Sequence record: SRR20825006_1812
Strand: one strand, 5' to 3'
Length of the DNA stretch: 46,126 nucleotides
Both the position numbers and the translations under genes were made by a program. Below, piece by piece: positions 1 to 8,699 of this stretch; position 1 is the first letter of the stretch, and every line of letters begins with the position of its first letter. The notes under the pieces were generated by a model. The model was not told the origin of the DNA and ran no database searches. It saw only the letters and a list, made by a program, of their open reading frames with translations.

Positions 1-45
1 ACACGCCCCTCAAGCGTGCGCGTCTACCAATTCCGCCACGTGAGC
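1..45 (-). tRNA. tRNA-Leu (anticodon GAG), 5' part; cut by the window edge
   Basis: Minus strand reads GCTCACGTGGCGGAATTGGTAGACGCGCACGCTTGAGGGGCGTGT: typical Leu D-arm (GGCGGAATTGGTAGAC) and anticodon arm CACGC-TTGAGGG-GCGTG. Confidence 0.93.
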
Positions 46-56
46 AGTTGCAGGCG

Positions 57-64
57 TCAAATAT
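57..64 (-). promoter_or_regulatory. Putative Bacteroidota-type -7 promoter element for the tRNA
   Basis: Minus-strand TATATTTG (TAnnTTTG consensus) about 12 nt upstream of the tRNA 5' end. Confidence 0.5.
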
Positions 65-95
65 ACCGTTTTTATACTTCAAAGTTCAATGGTAT

Positions 96-133
96 AAAAC
101 AAAAAACCCACCAAGTTTTAACAAGGTGGGTTT
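96..133 (-). terminator. Rho-independent terminator
   Basis: AAACCCACC (104-112) / GGTGGGTTT (125-133) stem, followed on the minus strand by a T-rich tract. Confidence 0.8.
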
Positions 134-236
134 GCGCTAGAATCTGTTATAAAACAGGCTTCTTCAAGCGTAGGCGAAATCAGAACTAAGACGATTTCGG
201 AACACTTAAAGTTTTAAGTTCAGCGTGTAACACAAA
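131..236 (-). ncRNA. ssrS: 6S-like RNA (6S-Flavo-type architecture)
   Basis: Minus strand folds by eye into a closing stem (TTTGTGTTA/TAGCGCAAA), a large central bubble with a small CTGTT/AACAG hairpin, and a long terminal stem (CTTTAAGTGT/ACGCTTGAAG plus CGAAATC/GATTTCG). It resembles the 6S-Flavo motif as I recall it and is followed by a terminator. Confidence 0.65.
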
Positions 237-779
237 TTATTCTTCTAACTGGCGGCGAGCGTAATCGTTTTCAGGATCGATGTTCAGCGCTTGCTCATAA
301 TAAGTACGAGCTTTATCTGCTTGTCCGCCACGTTTAATCATGTCGCCCATTAAAATCCAATTCTCAGCATCGCGAGGGTCTTTCTTAATTCGGCCGATTA
401 AGTAAGGAATGGCTTGTGGACCACGATCGGTCATCAACATTAGCATCACAATATTGCGATGTGCAGAGGAAGAATCGGTTAACTCTACGGCTTTGTTGAA
501 ATCAGCTTCAGCATTTTCAAGCTCTTCTTTTTGCATATAAATGCTTCCACGAAGATTGTAGTAAGCAGCATTTTCAGCATCTAAAGCAAGGGCTTTGGTG
601 ATATTCTGCATACTCAAATCGTATTGGTTGAGCTGTTGCATTATTAAAGCTTCTAAATAAAACGCCTCGGGAGATTTGTCATTTTCTTTTTGTAGCTCGC
701 GAGCTATATCTAAGGCGTGGTCTATATCTTTATCTTGAAGTAGCTCAAAGCCGTGATTTAGTTTCTCTTCGAAATTCAT
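237..779 (-). CDS. Tetratricopeptide repeat protein
   Basis: Repeated TPR-like helices (AYYNLRGSIY..AEADFNKAVEL, WILMGDM..ARTYYEQALNIDPEN). ATG at 779 preferred, as it avoids overlap with the upstream ORF. Confidence 0.85.
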   Translation of the reverse strand: MNFEEKLNHGFELLQDKDIDHALDIARELQKENDKSPEAFYLEALIMQQLNQYDLSMQNITKALALDAENAAYYNLRGSIYMQKEELENAEADFNKAVELTDSSSAHRNIVMLMLMTDRGPQAIPYLIGRIKKDPRDAENWILMGDMIKRGGQADKARTYYEQALNIDPENDYARRQLEE

Positions 780-783
780 AGTA

Positions 784-978
784 TTAGTTGTCTTTATCGG
801 TAAGGTCTTCGTATTCAGCTTCTTCAATCTGGTTGAAATCCTTTTTCCGGTTCCTAGAGTTGTTTACCCCTTGAAAGGGATTGAATTGACTTTTTTTACT
901 TCTGGAAGGTAAGAACAATCGAGTGATATATCTTCCTCCTAGATAAAAAAGAGCTATAAAAAATAGAATTTTAAGCAT
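784..978 (-). CDS. Small single-TM membrane protein (DUF4834-like)
   Basis: 64 aa with N-terminal hydrophobic helix and acidic C-terminal IEEAEYEDL motif; packed tightly between its neighbours. Confidence 0.7.
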   Translation of the reverse strand: MLKILFFIALFYLGGRYITRLFLPSRSKKSQFNPFQGVNNSRNRKKDFNQIEEAEYEDLTDKDN

Positions 979-982
979 GGTC

Positions 983-1624
983 TTAAGGTGCTATGTGAAT
1001 GTGCGTATTAGAATGAAGTGGCATTTCAAAAATTTGCCGTTCTATGTACGATAAATGATCAGGATTGTTCACAAAGTCTATTTCGGTAGCGTTTATAGTT
1101 ATTAATGGCGACCGTGTATAGTGGTAGAAAAAATGGTTGTAGGCGTCGTTCAGCTCTTTGAGGTACTCTGGCGTAATGTGACGCTCGTAGCTACGTCCTC
1201 GCTGGTTAATGTTATCGATTAGGCGATCTACCGAGCTTTGTATAAAAATAATTAAGTCTGGTTGGGGTGCAATCCCTGCCATAATATTATAGATAGTATC
1301 GTACAGAGCTAGTTCATCTTCGTCTAAGTTCAAACGAGCAAAAATACGATCTTTGTCAAAAATATAGTCGGAGATTGTAAGCTGATGAAACAGATCCTTG
1401 TTCATCATATTTTGCTGTTGTTTGAATCGGCTAGCTAAAAATGCCAGCTGAGTTTGAAATGCATAACGTTCTCTTTCTTCATAAAACTTTGGCAGAAAGG
1501 GATTGTCTTCAAACTCTTCTAATACAATACGTGCATTTTTTCGTTCTGCTAGCAATTTTGCAAGGGAGGTTTTCCCTGCTCCAATCACTCCTTCAATAGC
1601 AATAAAATCAAATTGATTGGACAT
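983..1624 (-). CDS. Deoxynucleoside kinase (dNK family)
   Basis: P-loop IAIEGVIGAGKTSLA, NPFLPKFY, FQTQLAFL, RGRSYE lid motif. Confidence 0.92.
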   Translation of the reverse strand: MSNQFDFIAIEGVIGAGKTSLAKLLAERKNARIVLEEFEDNPFLPKFYEERERYAFQTQLAFLASRFKQQQNMMNKDLFHQLTISDYIFDKDRIFARLNLDEDELALYDTIYNIMAGIAPQPDLIIFIQSSVDRLIDNINQRGRSYERHITPEYLKELNDAYNHFFYHYTRSPLITINATEIDFVNNPDHLSYIERQIFEMPLHSNTHIHIAP

Positions 1625-1627
1625 GAA

Positions 1628-2116
1628 CTACCAGTCTAAGTTCGTTTTTGAAATTCTGATTTCTGGCGCCGATGTGATTAATTTGTCAATATGTTGCGCA
1701 GTTTTTGGGTCTTCCCAATTATGGAAAACATCCTTTAAGGGCAAAAGAACAAACAATCGTTGTGTGTAATCGGCATGTGGAATGATAAGACTATCTGTTT
1801 CAACGACCAAGCGATTATACGCAATTATGTCGAGATCTAGTGTGCGAGCCGTCCATTTTGGATAACGCGTGGGGCGACCTTGGCGCTGTTCTTGTAGTTT
1901 TAGCTGTTCGAGCAGTTCAGTAGGAGTTAACTCAGTAGTTATGAGCGCTACGGCATTTAGAAAGTCAGATTCACTTGGCCCAACAGGTTCAGACTGATAA
2001 ATGGAGGAAACGGCAATCTCTTTTTGTGAAATAGATTCCAAAAACTGTTTTGCTTGTACAAGCTGCTGTAGAGGATTATCTAAATTGGAACCTAGCGCTA
2101 TTATTACCTCGGCCAT
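1628..2116 (-). CDS. folK: 2-amino-4-hydroxy-6-hydroxymethyldihydropteridine diphosphokinase
   Basis: IALGSNL, FLNAV, RTLDLDII, LIIPH, RLFVLLPL motifs; start placed at MAEV (2116). Confidence 0.93.
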   Translation of the reverse strand: MAEVIIALGSNLDNPLQQLVQAKQFLESISQKEIAVSSIYQSEPVGPSESDFLNAVALITTELTPTELLEQLKLQEQRQGRPTRYPKWTARTLDLDIIAYNRLVVETDSLIIPHADYTQRLFVLLPLKDVFHNWEDPKTAQHIDKLITSAPEIRISKTNLDW

Positions 2117-2460
2117 TGCATACAAACTTCAGAGTACAATGTTTCCCCATCCATAGGCGGATTGAGCTTGCGTACTTTAACTTGGAGATTCTGAGGAGAA
2201 AATGAACTAAAAAGTTCTTCACCAATTTTAAAACAAAGTGTTTCAATGAGATGTAAAGAGGGCCCATTCATAACTTCAGTAACAATCTCTCTTGCTTTCG
2301 AATAATCGATTGTTTTGGTGAGATCATCGTTTTCAGCAGCTTCGAGAAGTGAAAGTGCAAATTCTAAATCGACTTCAAAATCATTGCCAATTTCCTTTTC
2401 TTCCTCAAAATACCCGTGTAGGGCATGGAAGCTCATACTTTTAAGTGTGAGCGTATCCAT
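2104..2460 (-). CDS. folB: Dihydroneopterin aldolase
   Basis: FHALHG..EEK..G, DDLTKTIDY, LIETL, VRKLNPP motifs; overlaps folK. Confidence 0.93.
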   Translation of the reverse strand: MDTLTLKSMSFHALHGYFEEEKEIGNDFEVDLEFALSLLEAAENDDLTKTIDYSKAREIVTEVMNGPSLHLIETLCFKIGEELFSSFSPQNLQVKVRKLNPPMDGETLYSEVCMQWPR

Positions 2461-2463
2461 CGC

Positions 2464-3906
2464 TTAAAGGCTTGCTACTTCAATACGTTGTTGTAGTTCG
2501 TCTAGCATGCGCTTGTGTTTAACGCTTGTGCTCATGCGCTCTTCAACCGTTGAAATAGCATGGATTACGGTAGAGTGGTCACGTCCACCAAAGTGTAAAC
2601 CGATGGTTTTAAGGCTAGACTTGGTGAATTTCTTAGAGAAATACATGGCAATTTGCCGAGCTTCAACAATTTCTTGTTTTCGAGTTTTTTCGCGCACTTT
2701 ATTGGTATCGATTCCAAAATAATCGCACACATAATTTTGAATAGATTCGATAGAAAGTTGAGTGTTTGATTCTCTAACCATGTCTTTAAGCGCACGCTTT
2801 GCCATCGGAAGATCAATATCCTCAATGTTCTGAAGAGAAGCATGCGCTAGGAGTTTGATAATAGCGCCTTCTAAATCACGCACATTCGATTTGAAATTAT
2901 GAGCTATAAACTCAATAATTTCAGGATGAATCTCGATGCCATTGTCTTGAGCTTTACGTTCTAAGATAGCGTAACGTGTTTCATATTCAGGCATTTGAAG
3001 ATCAGCACTTAAGCCCCAGCCAAAGCGTGAGATTAAACGCTCTTGGATGTCTGGAACATCTTTTGGTGCGCGGTCACTACTTAAGATAATCTGTTTGCCG
3101 TCTTGATGTAGCGCATTAAAAATATGGAAGAATTCTTCCTGAGTTTTCTCTTTACCACTAAAAAATTGGATGTCATCAACCATCAGCACATCAATATTTC
3201 TATAGAACATAGAAAATTCGCTCGCTCTGTTATTTCGGATGGCGTGAACAAACTCGTTGGTGAATGCTTCGGAAGATATATATAGAACAGATTTCTCTTC
3301 GCCGAACTTCTCTTTAATCTTGTTACCAATACTCTGAACCAAGTGAGTTTTACCTAAACCTGTTGGCCCGTAAATGAAAAAGGGATTGAATGAGTTGTTT
3401 CCAGGGTTGTCGGCTATTGCCATTGCAGCTGAGCGAGCAAGACGATTACAGTCGCCTTCTATATACCGGTCGAAAACGTAAGAGGTATTAAGATTGGAAT
3501 CTACTTTTGATTTTCGAATGCCAGGAATTACAAATGGATTCTCGATGCGTTCTGGGTAATAAGGAAAACCACTCATTTCTTGTGGTTGAACTGGAGCCAT
3601 TGGTCTTTGAGGTAAACGAATAGAGCGGTTATTTTCGAACTGTTCAGATTTTTCCATAACAATAGAATACTCAAGTTTACCATCTGGGCCCAAAACTTTG
3701 GCTAGTGTAGAGCGTAACATGGTGTAATAATGTTCTTCTAGCCACTCGTACCAAAACTGGCTAGGTACTTGAACGGTTAAGGTATTTTCTGAGAGATTTA
3801 CAGGTTTAATTGGCTCAAACCACGACTTAAACTTCTGGTAGCTAATATTGTCTTTAATAATTTCTAAGCACTCGTTCCAAGCTGCTTCAGCCGATATCAT
3901 TCTCAA
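2464..3906 (-). CDS. dnaA: Chromosomal replication initiator DnaA
   Basis: NPFFIYGPTGLGKTHL Walker A, VDDIQF Walker B, RLISRF, domain IV GGRDHSTVIHA. Start is either TTG 3906 (GGAGGT 9 nt upstream) or ATG 3900. Confidence 0.98.
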   Translation of the reverse strand: MRMISAEAAWNECLEIIKDNISYQKFKSWFEPIKPVNLSENTLTVQVPSQFWYEWLEEHYYTMLRSTLAKVLGPDGKLEYSIVMEKSEQFENNRSIRLPQRPMAPVQPQEMSGFPYYPERIENPFVIPGIRKSKVDSNLNTSYVFDRYIEGDCNRLARSAAMAIADNPGNNSFNPFFIYGPTGLGKTHLVQSIGNKIKEKFGEEKSVLYISSEAFTNEFVHAIRNNRASEFSMFYRNIDVLMVDDIQFFSGKEKTQEEFFHIFNALHQDGKQIILSSDRAPKDVPDIQERLISRFGWGLSADLQMPEYETRYAILERKAQDNGIEIHPEIIEFIAHNFKSNVRDLEGAIIKLLAHASLQNIEDIDLPMAKRALKDMVRESNTQLSIESIQNYVCDYFGIDTNKVREKTRKQEIVEARQIAMYFSKKFTKSSLKTIGLHFGGRDHSTVIHAISTVEERMSTSVKHKRMLDELQQRIEVASL

Positions 3907-3959
3907 TTCTTCAATACCTCCAGGTACCTTATCTTTTAAAATCTTTCTGTTACCATCAG

Positions 3960-4245
3960 AAAGCTAGTTATCCACAGTGATTGTGCACTGATCATTCATT
4001 TGTCTTGTTTGAAAATGCTGATTTATTTACCACAAGTCAAACTGCATTAATGTGGATATCTGAAAGTTATCCACATCGCTATAAATATTTTAAATCACTG
4101 CTAGGCAACGAGTTATAAATAAAATGTAGGAGTTTAAAAAAAGAGCTTGACTTCTGTTAACATTGCCTTAACGCTACACTAATAAGGAATCGGCTGTGCT
4201 TGAATTTAGATTAAGTATTTTTCCACAAGTTTTCCACATTTTTTA
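3960..4245. promoter_or_regulatory. DnaA-box cluster (candidate oriC and/or dnaA autoregulatory region)
   Basis: TTATCCACA at 3968-3976 and 4067-4075; TGTGGATAT at 4051-4059; TTTACCACA at 4026-4034; tandem TTTTCCACA at 4219-4227 and 4230-4238; AT-rich flanks. Confidence 0.75.
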
Positions 4246-4290
4246 TTTTTGTAAAAAACCCTTTTTTTGATACCAAAGTAGCTGATTGAG

Positions 4291-5151
4291 TTATCTGCTT
4301 ATGACTAAAAATCTTTCTTTTAAATCATAATCGCTAAGTATCTTCACATCCCATCCTTTTGCCGAAAAAACTTGAGCGGTTTGAGCGGCTTCGTGTTCGT
4401 GGATCTCGAAATAAGCTTTACCATTTTCGGCTAAGAATTTGGAGCAATAATTCTCTAGTGCCGAGAAGATATGATCGGTGCTTTCGCAGAAAAGCGCGAG
4501 GTGCGGTTCATAGTTTTTAACTTCTTCATCTAAGCCTTGTTCTTCCTCTCTAAGAATATATGGAGGGTTCGAAATAATCACATCAAATTGAGAGTTGGCG
4601 TTCTCAAAATGTGGGTTAAATAAATCTTGATGAATAAAGGTAATAGCCGTGTTATTTCTAGCAGCATTTGCTGTTGCTAGCTCAAGCGCTTCTTTAGAAA
4701 TATCTGTAGCAGTTATATCCCATTCAGAGTTTTCTGTTTTAAGTGAAATTGGAATACAACCCGAGCCAGTTCCAACATCTAAAACTTTAAGTGGTTCAGA
4801 GCGAGGGTGAGCATTTAGTATACGTTGAACAAGTTGCTCGGTCTCTTGCCTGGGAATGAGTACATGCTCGTTCACATTAATTACAACATTGAAAAAATCT
4901 GTCTCTCCAACAATATACTGAAGAGGTTCTTGCAAAGATCGGCGTTTAACAAGGGGGCGCAGTTTTTCCAATTCCTCGCTTGTAAGTGGGCGATCGAAAC
5001 AGAGGTAAAGGTCAAGACGTTTTTTCTGCAATACAAAAGCTAGAAGCCATTCTATGCTTAACCTAGGGCTTTTAACCCCTTTTTTTGTGAAATAATCAGT
5101 AGTCCATTCCAACATTGACAAAACGGTCCATGTTGCGGGTGTAGCAGACAT
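4291..5151 (-). CDS. prmC: Release factor glutamine methyltransferase
   Basis: EPLQYIVG, VLIPRQETE, LDVGTGSG, SNPPY motifs. Confidence 0.95.
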   Translation of the reverse strand: MSATPATWTVLSMLEWTTDYFTKKGVKSPRLSIEWLLAFVLQKKRLDLYLCFDRPLTSEELEKLRPLVKRRSLQEPLQYIVGETDFFNVVINVNEHVLIPRQETEQLVQRILNAHPRSEPLKVLDVGTGSGCIPISLKTENSEWDITATDISKEALELATANAARNNTAITFIHQDLFNPHFENANSQFDVIISNPPYILREEEQGLDEEVKNYEPHLALFCESTDHIFSALENYCSKFLAENGKAYFEIHEHEAAQTAQVFSAKGWDVKILSDYDLKERFLVISR

Positions 5152-5161
5152 TTAGAGTTGG

Positions 5162-5548
5162 TTAAGCTTCTTCTTTTTGATCAGAAACTTGCTCTTCTTG
5201 AACAGTAAGCCCAAAACGCTTTCCAAAATCAAGAACAAATGAGATGATGTTTGCTTCCACATTGCGCTCTTCAGATAGCGAACTTCCTCTAAAGCCCATT
5301 CTACCACCCGTCTTTTTTAAAATAACTTTATTATGTTGAGCAGTAGTTTCTAAAATTAGCGTTAATGTAACACTGGAATTAATTTGTTTTTCGTACTCTT
5401 CGTAAACCGCCACATATAGCTTATCTTTCTGATCAGCTTGTGGATGAGAGTATAAAAATTTTGGTGGATATTCTGAGAACATCTTGTCAGACATCCTGCG
5501 AAGTGTAGCTGTTGGGCCGAATATGTAAAACGTAGTATGTGAATTCAT
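5162..5548 (-). CDS. Hypothetical protein (loose DUF6054-like pattern)
   Basis: 128-aa ORF co-oriented with prmC and 10 nt from it; pattern VYEEY..SVTLTLIL..TGG..GF. Confidence 0.65.
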   Translation of the reverse strand: MNSHTTFYIFGPTATLRRMSDKMFSEYPPKFLYSHPQADQKDKLYVAVYEEYEKQINSSVTLTLILETTAQHNKVILKKTGGRMGFRGSSLSEERNVEANIISFVLDFGKRFGLTVQEEQVSDQKEEA

Positions 5549-5707
5549 TCTATAGGATGCAGTTTAGTTAAAATAAATCTTCTCTTTGCGAATTTGTGCT
5601 GAAAATAACATGTTATTCAATTAAGGCAATAAGAAATTGATTAAATTTTCGTTCTTCTTGCTTTACATTAAGACAAAAGCGTAAAAAATGCTTTAAATAG
5701 TACCATT

Positions 5708-6520
5708 ATGAATAAAATATTACTTATTAGTCTCTTCTTCGTATCTCTTTGTTTGAGTGGAAATGTTTTTGCTCAATTTGGGGAGCCTCCAGTTCAAAAG
5801 AAAGTAGAATCCAGAAATTTATTTAATGAAGGCTATAAATCTGGCTTTGGGTTCCTTTTTACCATTAACGACTTTGGCTTTGGAGTAGGAGGGCAGTACA
5901 GAAAAGCGTTAGGCTTGTATACGGAAGGGTTACTTTCTTTGCGAATTACAGGTATTAAAGATCCAAAAGAACAAACCTACATTGATTATTACTTTGGCTT
6001 TAAAACCACCCCCGATAAATACAAACGAGTTATATCATTTCCATTGAATGTGGGTGTGAAAAGACGATTGTTCGCAGAGCAAATATCAGATAATTTCAGA
6101 GTATATACTTCAATTAGCGGCGGGCCAGTGCTTGCTTATACGTTCGATTACTTTGATGATTTTAATGGTAATGGGTTTCAAGAAAATGATTTCTATACTT
6201 ACGGTTTAAAAGAAAAGTCGTACGATATTTTTGGCGGTTGGAAAAACGGAAAATCTCATTTAGGCTGGAACGGTGATGTAGAATTGGGTGTAGATTTTGG
6301 GAGCAATTTTGCAAGTCTACAAAGTCTACAGTTCGGTTACACTTTTAATTACTTTAAAGATGGGTTACAGATTATGCAACCAAAACGGCCTGATTTAACA
6401 GTGAATGGACAACTACAATATGATGGAGCTGGTGATTTAATTTTGGAAGATTTTTATGGTAAGCGCAAATTCTATGGCTCAGCACAAATCAGTTTTGTAT
6501 TTGGCTGGATGTGGAACTAA
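5708..6520 (+). CDS. Putative outer-membrane beta-barrel protein
   Basis: Signal peptide (..NVFA|Q), alternating Gly/aromatic beta strands, aromatic C-terminus (ISFVFGWMWN). Confidence 0.75.
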   Translation: MNKILLISLFFVSLCLSGNVFAQFGEPPVQKKVESRNLFNEGYKSGFGFLFTINDFGFGVGGQYRKALGLYTEGLLSLRITGIKDPKEQTYIDYYFGFKTTPDKYKRVISFPLNVGVKRRLFAEQISDNFRVYTSISGGPVLAYTFDYFDDFNGNGFQENDFYTYGLKEKSYDIFGGWKNGKSHLGWNGDVELGVDFGSNFASLQSLQFGYTFNYFKDGLQIMQPKRPDLTVNGQLQYDGAGDLILEDFYGKRKFYGSAQISFVFGWMWN

Positions 6521-7207
6521 CTAAAAAATTAGTTCCTTAAACCATAGTTCTGGGTTTTCTAGGTTTTCGAGTACTAGATCGGGCTTACATGCCGAAAGCT
6601 CCTCGTTAGAAAATTTACCCGTTGTAACTGCTACCGACTTCATTCCGGCATATTGTGCGCATTCAATATCTCTAGGGGTATCGCCAATAATTATAAATTT
6701 AGTTGGATCAGGCTCGACTCCTAAGTTTTTGCGAACCGTATCTAAAGCAATCATTGGAAGCTGATTTCGATCTGTATCAAACTCTCCAAAAGCACCAAAG
6801 CTAAAATCGAAATGGATGTCTGCGGCTTTTAATTTGGCTGTAGCTGCGGAAGGATAATTTCCGGTAAGTAGGCCCATGTAACTTCCTAAATCGTCAAAAA
6901 AGGAAATAGCGTTATCGATATGAGGTTGACGAAAAACATGCTCTTTTTGAATCCTGGTGGTAATGCGTTCTAAATAAACAGATTTAAGCTCTTGATAGAG
7001 TGCTTCATCAAAATTATGGTTTGCTAAGAATGAAGTAAGGATATCGTGATCGGTACGCCCAGAAAAAGGATCAGACTCCATGTTTGGATAGTTGATGTTG
7101 AGATCGTCAAGAATCCCGCGAATCAATGGTCGGTTAAAATTGCTATCTACCGTTAATAAAGTGCCGTCTATATCAAAAAGGATTACTAAAGGATGTACTG
7201 AATTCAA
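6521..7207 (-). CDS. HAD-family hydrolase (phosphoglycolate phosphatase-like)
   Basis: LFDIDGTL motif I, LTGN motif II, IGDTPRD motif IV. Confidence 0.9.
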   Translation of the reverse strand: MNSVHPLVILFDIDGTLLTVDSNFNRPLIRGILDDLNINYPNMESDPFSGRTDHDILTSFLANHNFDEALYQELKSVYLERITTRIQKEHVFRQPHIDNAISFFDDLGSYMGLLTGNYPSAATAKLKAADIHFDFSFGAFGEFDTDRNQLPMIALDTVRKNLGVEPDPTKFIIIGDTPRDIECAQYAGMKSVAVTTGKFSNEELSACKPDLVLENLENPELWFKELIF

Positions 7208-7275
7208 AATAAGAGATTTTTTTGTGGTTCAACTTCATGAAGAATTTACAAAATGATTGTATTAATAAGCTTTAA

Positions 7276-8622
<1,347 letters not shown>

Positions 8623-8641
8623 AAATTATTATTACCTTTAC

Positions 8642-8675
8642 AGGGATTGAGTTTAATAACTCAATCCCTTTTTTT
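8642..8675 (+). terminator. Rho-independent terminator after eno
   Basis: AGGGATTGAGTT/AACTCAATCCCT 12-bp stem followed by a T tract. Confidence 0.88.
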
Positions 8676-8699
8676 ATTTATTCCTTCAATCCAAATTTT

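Noticed and set aside
2076..2843. Short alternative-frame ORFs over folB and dnaA, and similar ones over prmC, eno, smc, rpsB and the mutase genes
   Set aside because: They lie entirely within well-supported genes and have no motifs; consistent with shadow ORFs
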